From positions 1 through 28,124 of the IMG/VR virus record IMGVR_UViG_3300037760_000035: 28,124 nt of DNA. One strand, 5' to 3'. This document shows positions 8,717-18,165 of the stretch, one piece after another (the first letter of the stretch is position 1; every line of letters begins with the position of its first letter). A program made the position numbers and the translations under genes. Source of the DNA: a virus. Its lineage: Duplodnaviria; Caudoviricetes. Under the pieces are notes generated by a model, which made no database searches, was not told the origin of the DNA, and was given only the letters and a program-made list of their open reading frames with translations.

Positions 8717-9379
8717 GTGACTATTTGCGCGACGCCGATCAAGGCGCAGGTCGCCCGGTTCACGCGGGTCGACGAGTGCGGGGTGCCGGTTACGGGCTCG
8801 CTGTCGGCTCAGGTGACGTCCGACTCGTTCACCCAGATCGAGAACACCCCGAACTACGAGGCGGGGCAGCGGTTCCTCCTGCGGAAGGCGAACGGGGAGC
8901 CGTGCGTGAACCAGCGCGACCCCGGGTTCTTTAACTGGCTAGAGCAGGTCGTTACGCTCTGCACGCTCGACCCGGACCTGATCGCGATGGTCACCGGGGA
9001 GCAGCAGATCCGGGAGTCCGACGAGGCCGTCGGCACCACCTACGGAGAGGGCCTGTTGACGGCCCGGTTCTCCCTCGAAGTGTGGCAGCCAATGGCCGGG
9101 GAGGGCGCCTGCGACGAGTCCGGCGCCCAGCGGTACGTCTACTGGGCGTTCCCGAACCTCGGCGACGCCCAGATCCAGGCGTTCACCTTCCAGAACGACG
9201 CGTTTACGATCGCATTCCGTGACACGTCGAGGCGGGCCTCCGCGCTGTGGGATATCGGCGACGAGTACCTCGCGGACAACCCGACGGCGACCTGGGACCC
9301 GGGGAAGCACTTCGCCTGGGCGACCTCGATCGTCGCTCCTCCGGTCGCCGCCTGCGGCGCTGTCTTGGTCGGGAGCTGA
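8717..9379 (+). CDS. Major tail (tube) protein
   Basis: 220 aa; RFTRVDECGVP, KANGEPCVN, FSLEVW, YVYWAFP; position after the capsid pair. Confidence 0.7.
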   Translation: MTICATPIKAQVARFTRVDECGVPVTGSLSAQVTSDSFTQIENTPNYEAGQRFLLRKANGEPCVNQRDPGFFNWLEQVVTLCTLDPDLIAMVTGEQQIRESDEAVGTTYGEGLLTARFSLEVWQPMAGEGACDESGAQRYVYWAFPNLGDAQIQAFTFQNDAFTIAFRDTSRRASALWDIGDEYLADNPTATWDPGKHFAWATSIVAPPVAACGAVLVGS

Positions 9380-9385
9380 TAGCTG

Positions 9386-9622
9386 ATGCCACCTAGGAAG
9401 CGAACGGAGCCGGTGGCCGTGGCCGCGGAACCCGCCGAGGTCCGCGCCGACACTACTGGCGGAACCGGTCCGGGTCACGAGCTGGAGCTTTACAGCTCGG
9501 AGAGCACCGGCAAGTTCTTCGGGCGGTGCTCCTGCGGGAAGTTCTCCGCGGCGCATCACGAGTCGCAAGAGTCAGTCGTGGCCGCGTTCGAGCGTCACGT
9601 CGAGCGCCGGAAGGGGAACTAA
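9386..9622 (+). CDS. Small hypothetical protein, possible Zn-binding (H...CSC...H)
   Basis: 78 aa, tightly packed in the operon, GGGAG RBS. Confidence 0.6.
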   Translation: MPPRKRTEPVAVAAEPAEVRADTTGGTGPGHELELYSSESTGKFFGRCSCGKFSAAHHESQESVVAAFERHVERRKGN

Positions 9623-9626
9623 GCCC

Positions 9627-10055
9627 ATGGCTGAGGCTGCGTACAACCGGTTCAAGAAGGGCCTGGCCGACGCCGATGAGGACTGGCCGGGCGGCGACTA
9701 CCGGTCGCTGCTACTCGTCGGAGCGCTGACGTTCGACGCCGCCGACGTGTCGCTGGCCGACGTGATCGCCACCGGCAACACTGAAGCCAGCGACGGCTCG
9801 TACGCCCGCGTCGCCTACACCACGAAGGTGAACACGCAGGACGACGTGAACGACCGGGCCGACCTCGGGGCGGACACGCTGGACTACGGGGCGCTCGACA
9901 ACGAGACCCCGACCGCGCTGATCACTTACCGGCACGTCGACGGCACCAACGCGAACGATCTCGCGGTGGGGTTCCACGACACGAACTTCGGCACGCCCGC
10001 GAACGGTGCCGGTTACCAGGTGCAGTGGCCTAACGACGTCATCCGTATCACGTAG
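9627..10055 (+). CDS. Putative virion structural (fibre/filament subunit-like) protein
   Basis: 142 aa, acidic and beta-rich (MAEAAYNRFKKGL...YARV...DDVNDRA); GGGGA RBS. Confidence 0.55.
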   Translation: MAEAAYNRFKKGLADADEDWPGGDYRSLLLVGALTFDAADVSLADVIATGNTEASDGSYARVAYTTKVNTQDDVNDRADLGADTLDYGALDNETPTALITYRHVDGTNANDLAVGFHDTNFGTPANGAGYQVQWPNDVIRIT

Positions 10056-10074
10056 ACCGCGAGGAGCAGAGCCC

Positions 10075-10437
10075 GTGTCTCCTCCTCCCTGGCGGATCTA
10101 CTACGGAGACGGGAGCACGTACGCCGAGCAGGACGCTCCCGGCCAGGCCCCTGCCATGGGCGTGCAGGCGGTCGCGTGGAATCACCCGGAGCACGGCCGC
10201 CAGGCGATGCACGGGCGGACGTTCTACTGGTGGGAGAGCGACGAGGAGGGCTGGTACGGCGGTGACCACATCGGCGCGCTGTACTACCTCATCGACCGGG
10301 GAGTGGCCACCCCTGACAGCCGGATCGTGGACTTCTCGATCAGTGAGCTGGCCGACGCTGGTCTACTCCTCGGCCGGTCTATCCCAACGGAGCAGTTCCA
10401 GCGCATCGTGAGGCGTGCTCTCACCGAGGAGTGGTAG
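10075..10437 (+). CDS. Hypothetical protein (WRIYYGDGSTY...GVQAV)
   Basis: Start re-assigned to GTG 10075 after GAGGAG RBS; in frame with ORF 10006..10437. Confidence 0.65.
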   Translation: MSPPPWRIYYGDGSTYAEQDAPGQAPAMGVQAVAWNHPEHGRQAMHGRTFYWWESDEEGWYGGDHIGALYYLIDRGVATPDSRIVDFSISELADAGLLLGRSIPTEQFQRIVRRALTEEW

Positions 10438-10440
10438 CCC

Positions 10441-13400
10441 ATGACTGGTATGGCTACCTGGACCGGGAGCCAGGCTCGCTACCGCTTCCGCCTCGTCAAT
10501 GCTGACGCTGCTGGCGCGAACGCTGCGTTCGACGGAGCCGACCCGGCTCAGGACACGCCTGCGACTATCGAGGTCGACACCGTGTTCCGGGTCCGCATCA
10601 CGATCCAGGAGACCGCGGGCGGCGGGGCGAACAAGACGTTCGGTCTGCGGTTCTCGCATGAGGGCAGCGCGTACGCCGTCGTGACTGACTCCACCCCGGT
10701 CCAGGTGGTGGGGGTATCCGGCTACGCGGACGACGCGGCGACCAGCTCGATCCTCGGCGGGACGGGTGGGTTCCTGGCCGGATACGCCGACGACCTCGAC
10801 GCGCTGCTCCCCACGGCCGGGAACCAGTCGTGGGCGGGGAACGAGTGGTCTGAGTATGAGATCGCGCTGCTGATCGACTCGGCGCAGGTCGCGGACGCCG
10901 ATACGATCGAGCTGCGGCTGTACGAGAGCGGCGGGGCCGAGCTGGGCACTTACTCGGTGACGCCGACGATCACTGTCGAGGAGGGCGCAGCCGCGGTCAC
11001 TGTCCTCGCGCAGCCGGTAGATGTGGCGGCCGAGGCCCAGGCCGCAGTCCCGCTCGCCGCCGCGGTTGTAGCAGCGCAACCAGTGGGCGTGGCGGCTACC
11101 GCCCAGGCAGCCAGCCCCGTCGTTTCGTCTGGCCCGGCTGACTTCGCCGAGGACTGGTCGGCCTACCCGGATTCGTCGTTCGGTAACTCGACCGCGCTCG
11201 ACGGGCAGCGGCAGTGGCGGCAGGGTGCTAACCGGGACCCGGACGGCACTCGCGCCGGGTGGCGCATCCAGTCCGGGGTGGCAGTGGCCGGGCTCGGCAA
11301 CGGCTCCGACGTAAACGCCTCCATCACGGCGATCGACTACCGGGCTCCGGCGATCGCCCGCTGCCTGGATGATGTCGGCTCGGACGACATCTATGTGCGC
11401 GGCACCCTAGGCACGGCGCAGTGGCCCGACCATTTCGGGCTACTCGGGCGGATGAGTTCAGCCGATTCGGCGACCTGCTACTACGCGCAGGTCCGCCCCA
11501 GCAACGGTGACATTCGCATCTTCACCATCATCGCCGGGGCGTTCGGCTCGCTGGTCGGCACGGCGTCCTACACCACCACCCCCGGTGACGTGATCGAGCT
11601 GCGATGCTTCGGCACCACCATCTCAGTCCGTGTCAACGACACCGAAGTGATCTCTGAGACTAACTCGGCGGTCACCGCCGGACACTTCGGCGGGCTGTAC
11701 GCGCACAACGCCATTAACGACAGCGTCCGCTTTACTGACTTCCAGACCGGCCCGCTCGACGGGTCCGGTGATCCGGTCGAGGACCCTGCCGCCGACCCGA
11801 TCCCGGCGATACAGTTCGCCTGGGCTGGCACCGCGGGCAAGATAATCGCCAGCACCCGTAACGTCGGTCTGGTCCGGGTGGTGGTCGCCGACAACGCTGG
11901 GTTGACTACCCCGGTGTTCACCTCCTCCTACGTCGCGCCGGACTCGCTGGGGCTGGTCGAGTTCGACCCCACCGGGTTGTCTGCCGACACGCAGTACTTC
12001 TACGGACTGCAGGTCGATGACGTGACTGTTGGGCAGGTGCGCTCGTTCCGCACTGCTCCGGCGTCGGGCTCGTTCACGTTCGCGCTGTCCGGTGACGCCG
12101 GGGACATCAACTCGGGCGGCAGCTACGTACGCAGTGAGCAGACTGTCAACTCGCCCGCCTATGACCGGATCGTTGACCGGGATCCGGCGTTCTTCCTGTT
12201 CTCCGGCGACCGGCACTACCGCGACTACAACATCGCCGACGTGGCCCCGCACCTGCGGGCGCTGCGGGACGTGTACGACAACCCTCGCGCGGCCAGTGTG
12301 TTCGACGCGATGGGCGTGGCGCAGATATGGGACGACCACGACTTCACGGGCGACGCGGCCGACTCCACCGCCACCGGCAGAGACGCTGCGGTTGAGACGT
12401 TCCGCCGCGCCGTGCCCGTCGAGTCCTACCTGGTCGACACCGGCATCACTGACCCGGTGGGATACACGTTCACCTGGGGTCGCGCCCGGTTCATCGTGCT
12501 CGATCACCGCTCTGAGAAGCTATCTGGCTCCACGATGCTCGGCTCGGCACAGATGACCGCGCTGCTGGACTTGCTGGAGAACGCCACCGAGCCGCTGATC
12601 TTCCTGTACGTCGGGGTGCCGTGGATCGCCTCGTCTGGGTCGGACAACTGGGCCATGTCCGGCTCCGGGCGGGCCACTATCGCCGAACAGATCGAGGACT
12701 TCGCCAAGGGCCGGGTTATCATCCTGCACGCCGACTCGCACATGCTCGCCGCCGACGACGGTACCAACTCCCAGTACGACACCGGAACCACCGACCCCGG
12801 CCCGCCAGTGTTCTGCTCCGCTCCGGTCGACTCGCTCACCTCATCGAAGGGCGGGCCGTATTCGGAGGGGTTCGTGCCGGATCCGGTCGGGTCGCGGCAG
12901 GAGCAGTACGCCACCATCGAGGTCGCCGACACAGGCGGGTCTAGCATCGTCGTCACGTGGCGCGGCTGGTCCGTCGACGACGCCACCGAAACCGAGGTCA
13001 TCTCTCTCGAAGTCACCATCGGCGAAGCTGCGGTGTCGATCCAGGCGGCTCCCGCCGTGGTCTCAGCCTTGGCGCAGGCCGCCGACGTGCAGGGAGCAGG
13101 CGTCGCCGTGCAGGGCCAGCCGGTAGAGATCCAGGCGTCTCCGCAGGCGGCATCACCTTCCGCGGGCGGCGGAGGGATCACCTTTGCTCGGGCGCAGGCG
13201 TCGATCTTCTCGGCGGACAACATTGATCCGGGGGTGGCGTCACTGGGCTCTGCAGTCACGGAGGGGAATCTCCTGGTCGTTCACGCCACCGAGCGTTCCG
13301 GCCAGAGCGCGGCCAATCTGAACATCGCCGACAGTGGTTCGGACACCGGGTGGGTCAAACGTGTCGCTGAAACAACCGAGCAGGGCGACGTCAATGCCCG

Positions 13401-14844
13401 GCGCACGCATCTGGTGTTCGTCAAGGTCGCCACCGCCGCCGACGCTGCGGCGAGCCCGTTCACGATCTCGGTCGATGACGGGACTAGCAACGGCAAGCGT
13501 GTGCTGATCGAGGAGTTCGAGGCCGGGGCGGAGGTCACGTGGGCGTTCGAAGATGCGGCAGCCGCCAACACCGGAACGGGGTCGACCTCACCTCTCAACT
13601 CGGGGGACACAGCTAGCACCTCCGGCGAGCAGTTACTGATCGGGTCTGCGATCTGGCGAACCGAAATTGGAGCACCGAGCGGCGTCGCCTTCACCAGCCT
13701 CGGCGATGTCATCACACCGATCACCGGCAACAACGGGCGGCATATCGCTGCCGCGTTCGCCCAGACCTCCGCTTCCGGAGTCAAGTCCACTGAGGTGTCT
13801 TGGGCAGGTCCCGGCCACGAGGCCAACGTGGCGTTGCTGGTGTTCTCCGCGACGGAGACGGGCGCGGGCGTCACAGTCCAGGCCCAGCCGGTGACCGTCG
13901 CAGCCGACGCCCAGGCCGCGACCCTCGACCTGGGGGCGCTCGCAGTCGCCGCTGCTCCCGCGACGGTGCAGGCTCAGGCGCAGGCAGCCGTCCCCGCAGG
14001 CAGCGGGGTAGTGGTCCAGGCCGCGCCCGTCGTGATCTCCGCCGCCGCGCAGAGCGGGTCGCTAGACCTGAGCGCGCTCGTCGTTACCGCGAGCCCCGTG
14101 GCAGTGCAGGCTCAGGCGCAGGCCGCGTCCGTAGGCGGCGGAGTGTTCGTGGCCGCCCAGCCCGCGACCGTCGCGGCGGGGGGCCAGGCTGCGGCCCTGG
14201 ACCTGGGCGCGCTCTCCGTACAGGGCGACCCGGTGACCGTCGCGGCGGGGCCGCAGGCTGCGGCCTTGGATCTCGGGACTCTCGCTCTGCAGGCGCAGCC
14301 GGTAGACATCGCCGCCGCCGCTCAGGCCGCGAACGTCAACTCCGGCAGCGTCCTGATCTCCGCACAGCCCGCGACCGTAGCAGCCGCCGCGCAGGCCGCT
14401 GACCTGCTCACCGCCGTGGTCGTGCAGGCGTCCCCGGTCCTCGTCGGCGCTAACCCGCAGGCGGCGACCATCCTCGGCGGCGCGGTCACCGTCTCAGCTC
14501 AGCCGGTGCTACTCGCTGCGGCAGCGCAGGAGGCTGACCCGGTACGGGCCGCGACTCTGATTCAGGCCCAGCCCGCGTTCGTGCAGGCGGCGGCTCAGGT
14601 CGCGCTCGTAGAGGCCGTCGTCGTCGTTCAGGCCCAGCCGGTCGTGGTCACGGTCGAGCCGCAGCCGTCTGAACTGGCCGTTGTCGTCGTGATCGAGGCC
14701 GAACCGATCTCACTGGCGGTCGTCGTCTCGGCGGCTGTGGTGCTATCCGGGCCGCAGCCGGTCGGCCGTGCGCTGCAGCCGATGGCGGACCTGCGGGCGC
14801 TACAGCCGGTCGGGAATCTCCGGGCGCTGCAGCCCCTAGGATGA
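10441..14844 (+). CDS. Large multidomain putative virion protein: ConA/LamG-like domain, FN3 + PhoD-type metallophosphatase, beta-rich domain, ~22-aa A/Q/P/V repeats
   Basis: 1467 aa; GLSADTQYFY...FRTAP (FN3/PAP N-terminal), SGD, GDRHYRD, WDDHD, LDHR, DNW, HADSH = PhoD motif series (~11800-13025); lectin-like ~11140-11760. Confidence 0.75.
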   Translation: MTGMATWTGSQARYRFRLVNADAAGANAAFDGADPAQDTPATIEVDTVFRVRITIQETAGGGANKTFGLRFSHEGSAYAVVTDSTPVQVVGVSGYADDAATSSILGGTGGFLAGYADDLDALLPTAGNQSWAGNEWSEYEIALLIDSAQVADADTIELRLYESGGAELGTYSVTPTITVEEGAAAVTVLAQPVDVAAEAQAAVPLAAAVVAAQPVGVAATAQAASPVVSSGPADFAEDWSAYPDSSFGNSTALDGQRQWRQGANRDPDGTRAGWRIQSGVAVAGLGNGSDVNASITAIDYRAPAIARCLDDVGSDDIYVRGTLGTAQWPDHFGLLGRMSSADSATCYYAQVRPSNGDIRIFTIIAGAFGSLVGTASYTTTPGDVIELRCFGTTISVRVNDTEVISETNSAVTAGHFGGLYAHNAINDSVRFTDFQTGPLDGSGDPVEDPAADPIPAIQFAWAGTAGKIIASTRNVGLVRVVVADNAGLTTPVFTSSYVAPDSLGLVEFDPTGLSADTQYFYGLQVDDVTVGQVRSFRTAPASGSFTFALSGDAGDINSGGSYVRSEQTVNSPAYDRIVDRDPAFFLFSGDRHYRDYNIADVAPHLRALRDVYDNPRAASVFDAMGVAQIWDDHDFTGDAADSTATGRDAAVETFRRAVPVESYLVDTGITDPVGYTFTWGRARFIVLDHRSEKLSGSTMLGSAQMTALLDLLENATEPLIFLYVGVPWIASSGSDNWAMSGSGRATIAEQIEDFAKGRVIILHADSHMLAADDGTNSQYDTGTTDPGPPVFCSAPVDSLTSSKGGPYSEGFVPDPVGSRQEQYATIEVADTGGSSIVVTWRGWSVDDATETEVISLEVTIGEAAVSIQAAPAVVSALAQAADVQGAGVAVQGQPVEIQASPQAASPSAGGGGITFARAQASIFSADNIDPGVASLGSAVTEGNLLVVHATERSGQSAANLNIADSGSDTGWVKRVAETTEQGDVNARRTHLVFVKVATAADAAASPFTISVDDGTSNGKRVLIEEFEAGAEVTWAFEDAAAANTGTGSTSPLNSGDTASTSGEQLLIGSAIWRTEIGAPSGVAFTSLGDVITPITGNNGRHIAAAFAQTSASGVKSTEVSWAGPGHEANVALLVFSATETGAGVTVQAQPVTVAADAQAATLDLGALAVAAAPATVQAQAQAAVPAGSGVVVQAAPVVISAAAQSGSLDLSALVVTASPVAVQAQAQAASVGGGVFVAAQPATVAAGGQAAALDLGALSVQGDPVTVAAGPQAAALDLGTLALQAQPVDIAAAAQAANVNSGSVLISAQPATVAAAAQAADLLTAVVVQASPVLVGANPQAATILGGAVTVSAQPVLLAAAAQEADPVRAATLIQAQPAFVQAAAQVALVEAVVVVQAQPVVVTVEPQPSELAVVVVIEAEPISLAVVVSAAVVLSGPQPVGRALQPMADLRALQPVGNLRALQPLG
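13870..14750 (+). repeat. ~13 tandem degenerate 22-23 aa repeats (VxVQAQPVxVAAxAQAAxL)
   Basis: Read directly from the translation; two more pairs at ~10995-11120 and ~13030-13160. Confidence 0.85.
14755..14841 (+). repeat. C-terminal ~9-aa (27-bp) repeats LRALQPxxx
   Basis: QPVG-RALQPMAD-LRALQPVGN-LRALQPLG-stop. Confidence 0.8.
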
Positions 14845-14869
14845 GCGAGAGAACAGGAGGTGGGGACGA

Positions 14870-15691
14870 GTGGCGACTCTCGATTCCGGGCCGTGCGAGA
14901 ACTGGCCCCCGATCTGCGACGACTTCCCCGACGAGCCCACTCCCGACCAGCAACTCCTGATCGACTACTCGGTCCAGGCGGCGACCGAAGCTCTCTGGAA
15001 CCGGACCCATCGCCGGTTCGGGCTATGCACGATGAAGATCCGACCCTGCCGGGAGGACTGCTGGCCGACAATCCCGCCCGGCTGGCATAACCTCTCCGGG
15101 CTCTCCTGGCCGTTCCCCGTCCTCGTAGGCGGGCAGTGGATCAACCTCGCGTGCGGGTCGTGTATCGGGTCGTGCTCCTGCTCCCGCCTCTCCCAGGCCG
15201 TCCTACCGTCCCCGGTCGCGACGGTGTCCGAGGTGAAGGTCGACGGGACCGTCCTCGACCCATCGGCGTACCGGGTCGACGACTGGCGGCTCCTCGTCCG
15301 CCTCGACGGCGGAGAGTGGCCCCGCTGTAACGACCTACGGCTCGCCGACACCGAGGCGGGGACGTGGTCGGTCACCGCGAGCTACGGGGAGATAGTCCCG
15401 ACCCTCGGGTCGCTCGCGGTCGGCGAGCTGGCTTCGGCGATCTACAAGGGTTGCGTGAAAGACAAGAGCTGCCCGCTACCGGTCGCGACGATCAGGCAGG
15501 TAACCCGGCAGGGCGTCACGACGATCCACTTCGACGCCAACACCGCATTCGCGAAGGGGAAGATCGGCCTCTACTACCCCGACCTATTCCTCGCCACCTA
15601 TAACCCGTCCGGCCGACGCCGGGCGAAGCTCTACGACATAGACAAGCAGCGGCGGCGGAACGTCGGCTCGATCCCCGGGCCGACCCCGTGA
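14870..15691 (+). CDS. Head-to-tail adaptor
   Basis: 273 aa, Cys-rich; AATEALW...RRFGLC...IRPC, VKVDGTVL...YRVD, VTRQGVT; AGGAGG RBS. Confidence 0.7.
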   Translation: MATLDSGPCENWPPICDDFPDEPTPDQQLLIDYSVQAATEALWNRTHRRFGLCTMKIRPCREDCWPTIPPGWHNLSGLSWPFPVLVGGQWINLACGSCIGSCSCSRLSQAVLPSPVATVSEVKVDGTVLDPSAYRVDDWRLLVRLDGGEWPRCNDLRLADTEAGTWSVTASYGEIVPTLGSLAVGELASAIYKGCVKDKSCPLPVATIRQVTRQGVTTIHFDANTAFAKGKIGLYYPDLFLATYNPSGRRRAKLYDIDKQRRRNVGSIPGPTP

Positions 15692-16281
15692 CCACCTCCG
15701 CGAACCCGCTAGCCGCGTACGAGATCGCCGCCCGGCTCCTCGCCTGCGCCTCCGATCAGGTCACCCAGGCGTGGGCCGACGCCGAGGCGGAGATGACTAT
15801 CGGCCGGGAGTGCGTCGTCTGGGGTGCGATCGCCTGGGACGAGTGCGAGTGCGGGCAGCTCGTCGTCTCGATCGCCGATCAGTACCCATCGCACACCTTC
15901 CCGACCGCGGCGACCGCTCCTACGGCGGCGAACGTCGCGCAGAACCGGTGCGGAGCGAATATCTGGGTGATCCGGTACGAGGTCGCGATCCTCCGCTGCG
16001 TCCCGGTACAGGACGACCAGGGGAACGCCCCGGACTGCTCCGCGCTCGACGAGGCGGCCCAGATAGCGGCGCGAGACGCGTGGGCCGTTAGGACCGGTAT
16101 CGGCTGCTGTCTAGCCGACATGTCCAGAGACCTCCTCCCGAACGGGTCGACCGAGATCGCCGACTACCTGATACAGGACCAGCCGTCCCGCGGCCCGGAG
16201 GGCGCCTGCGCCGGATCGTCGCTGAATCTGCTCATCGGTATCCGTAACTGCTTCTGCCCGCCCGGCGTCGGGGGCTCCTAG
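15688..16281 (+). CDS. Head-tail connector / tail terminator-like protein
   Basis: 197 aa, GTGA overlap; IAWDECECGQLVV, ILRCVP, GPEGACAG; position. Confidence 0.55.
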   Translation: MTTSANPLAAYEIAARLLACASDQVTQAWADAEAEMTIGRECVVWGAIAWDECECGQLVVSIADQYPSHTFPTAATAPTAANVAQNRCGANIWVIRYEVAILRCVPVQDDQGNAPDCSALDEAAQIAARDAWAVRTGIGCCLADMSRDLLPNGSTEIADYLIQDQPSRGPEGACAGSSLNLLIGIRNCFCPPGVGGS

Positions 16282-16670
16282 TGGCGGTCACGCACCGGAT
16301 CAACCAGGCCGCGGTTAACTCGATCGTCGCCCCGGGAAGCCTGGTCTACCGGGATATGCTCCGGCGCGGTATCCGGGTCCAGAACGGGGCTCGTCGGCGG
16401 GTCAACGTCGACACCGGCCGTCTCCGCTCCTCGCTTAACGTCGAGGGGCCGATCGTACGGAACGGCGCCGCTGGGGTCCGGGTCGGGACGAACGTCGAGT
16501 ATGCGATCTACGTCCACGAGGGCACCCGGGCGCACCTGATCCGGCCGCAGGCGAGGGCGGCGCTCCGGTTCCAGGCCGGGGGCGGGGTCGTGTACGCGAG
16601 GCGGGTCTTTCATCCGGGGACGCGGGGTAACCCGTTCCTCCGGGACGCGCTCGCCGACGCCCGCTACTAG
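16281..16670 (+). CDS. HK97 gp10-like tail completion protein
   Basis: VDTGRLRSSL, VGTNVEYAIYVHEGT, HPGTRGNPFLRDAL. Confidence 0.8.
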   Translation: MAVTHRINQAAVNSIVAPGSLVYRDMLRRGIRVQNGARRRVNVDTGRLRSSLNVEGPIVRNGAAGVRVGTNVEYAIYVHEGTRAHLIRPQARAALRFQAGGGVVYARRVFHPGTRGNPFLRDALADARY

Positions 16671-16689
16671 CCTGCGCGTAATTCGCGCG

Positions 16690-16756
16690 AAATTAGTCGG
16701 CCCGGCGTACTGGACACCGTCCCCCGGACCCACTAGGTTTAGGGGTATCAGGAAAC
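16690..16756 (+). promoter_or_regulatory. Accessory-gene promoter motif, copy 2
   Basis: TGGACA 16711-16716, 17 bp, TAGGTT 16734-16739, TAGGGGTATCAGGAAAC. Confidence 0.8.
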
Positions 16757-16773
16757 AGAACGAGGAGGACGCA

Positions 16774-17061
16774 ATGCCAACGATCACCCGGACCGAACTC
16801 CCGAACGGGAAGCTCCGCTACGAGGTCGACGGCGAGATCCACACGAAGGCCAGCAACCGGGTCTACGACTTCGCCAGCGTCTACCGCCGCGAGGTCGTGA
16901 ACTACGAGTACGACCGCCGGAACGGGATCAAGCCCGGCGATCTAGTCGTCTTTCTCCACTCCCGCAGGGACCTCGCGGCCAAGGGTCACCAGGTCGGCGA
17001 GGCCAACGTGAAGGCCGGTTACTGGACCCGCGTCGGCGTCGTCGAGATCGTCGAGAAGTAG
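16774..17061 (+). CDS. Hypothetical accessory protein, 95 aa
   Basis: GAGGAGG RBS, downstream of promoter copy 2. Confidence 0.8.
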   Translation: MPTITRTELPNGKLRYEVDGEIHTKASNRVYDFASVYRREVVNYEYDRRNGIKPGDLVVFLHSRRDLAAKGHQVGEANVKAGYWTRVGVVEIVEK

Positions 17062-17126
17062 ACCGACCGCCCAGGGCGGCTCCACCCAGGGGCCGCCCTC
17101 CAACCCATCAGGAAGGAACCAGGAAA

Positions 17127-17255
17127 ATGACCCGCGACCAGCACATCGCCCGTATCCGCGAGATGCGCCGCGACGACCACGACGAGCGGGCTCGGGACCG
17201 CAGGCGGTACGTCCGCCGCCCGAAGCACCGCACCCGCCGCTACGACGAGGAGTAG
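17127..17255 (+). CDS. Small Arg-rich protein, 42 aa (MTRDQHIARIREMRR...RRPKHRTRRYDEE)
   Basis: Preceded by hairpin + ATCAGGAAGGAACCAGGAAA; not in ORF track. Confidence 0.6.
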   Translation: MTRDQHIARIREMRRDDHDERARDRRRYVRRPKHRTRRYDEE

Positions 17256-17260
17256 CCACC

Positions 17261-17350
17261 ATGAGCGAGGAAGCCTTCCTACTAGCCGTACTGTGGCTCG
17301 CGATCATCGGGGTCGGCGGCTTCGGCTGGCTGTTCGGGGCGTTCTCGTGA
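17261..17350 (+). CDS. Small single-pass membrane peptide, 29 aa (MSEEAFLLAVLWLAIIGVGGFGWLFGAFS)
   Basis: GAGGAG RBS; TGA overlaps next GTG. Confidence 0.6.
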   Translation: MSEEAFLLAVLWLAIIGVGGFGWLFGAFS

Positions 17351-17733
17351 CCGCCCACGGCGAACGGATCACCCGAGCCCTCCTCCACGCCGGAGAGTCC
17401 CGGTTCGAGTCCGACGAGTACCTCGTACGGATCGTCGCCCGCCCAGAGGGCGAACTAGGCCGGGTCCGGGTCCTCGTCTCCGGCCCATCGGGCGTCCCCG
17501 AGCCGACCGTGTTCTACGACCGGTGGAGCCCGGTATCGCGGCGGCAGTGGCGGGCCTACCGGCGAGCCCTCGTCGCCTCCTACCGGCACCACGCAGACCG
17601 GGCGGTCCGGGAGCTGGTCGGCGTCGACCTCGGCCACCTGACGCTCCGGCGCCGGACGGCCGGACCGTTCCTACAGTCCGAGATCCGTTCTCATTACGAC
17701 ATCTTCGTATTGATCAAGAGGAGGAAGCGATGA
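17347..17733 (+). CDS. Hypothetical protein
   Basis: GTGA-coupled start within ORF 17293..17733. Confidence 0.6.
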   Translation: MTAHGERITRALLHAGESRFESDEYLVRIVARPEGELGRVRVLVSGPSGVPEPTVFYDRWSPVSRRQWRAYRRALVASYRHHADRAVRELVGVDLGHLTLRRRTAGPFLQSEIRSHYDIFVLIKRRKR

Positions 17734-18098
17734 CCGACAACTTCAACCAGGGGCTAGAGAACCTCCGGGCGCTCGTCGACCCGCGGCCGACCGAGCTAAC
17801 CGCGGCCGAGACGATCGAACGGTACGAGACGATCCGCGAGATCCTCGTCGAGCTACGGCCGACCGGGCACCGGACCGAGTCCGAGCGGACCGTATTCGAG
17901 CCGTGGACCGACGGGTTCGCCGTCGGGTTCAAGGTCACGCGAGAGGGCCGCGGCGTCCAGTTCGTCTACCTGAACCCGTCCCTCGACGACGGCACCGAGA
18001 AAGGCGGAGACGACGGGACGGTATTCCTCTACCAGGGTCCGGCCGGGGACCCGAGTGTCGACCCGGCGCTCGTCCACGTCGACGTGTTCGAGCCGTAG
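17730..18098 (+). CDS. Hypothetical protein (MTDNFNQGLENL...)
   Basis: ATGA overlap, GAGGAGG RBS; in frame with ORF 17523..18098. Confidence 0.7.
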   Translation: MTDNFNQGLENLRALVDPRPTELTAAETIERYETIREILVELRPTGHRTESERTVFEPWTDGFAVGFKVTREGRGVQFVYLNPSLDDGTEKGGDDGTVFLYQGPAGDPSVDPALVHVDVFEP

Positions 18099-18123
18099 AA
18101 TGATCGCGGCTGGCTAAGCCGTG

Positions 18124-18165
18124 AGCGCCCGGGAGGTCCCGCTGGGGAGGATCTCCCGGGCGCTT
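18124..18165 (+). terminator. Long GC hairpin ending the unit driven by promoter copy 2
   Basis: AGCGCCCGGGAGGTCC / GGATCTCCCGGGCGCT 16-bp stem. Confidence 0.6.
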
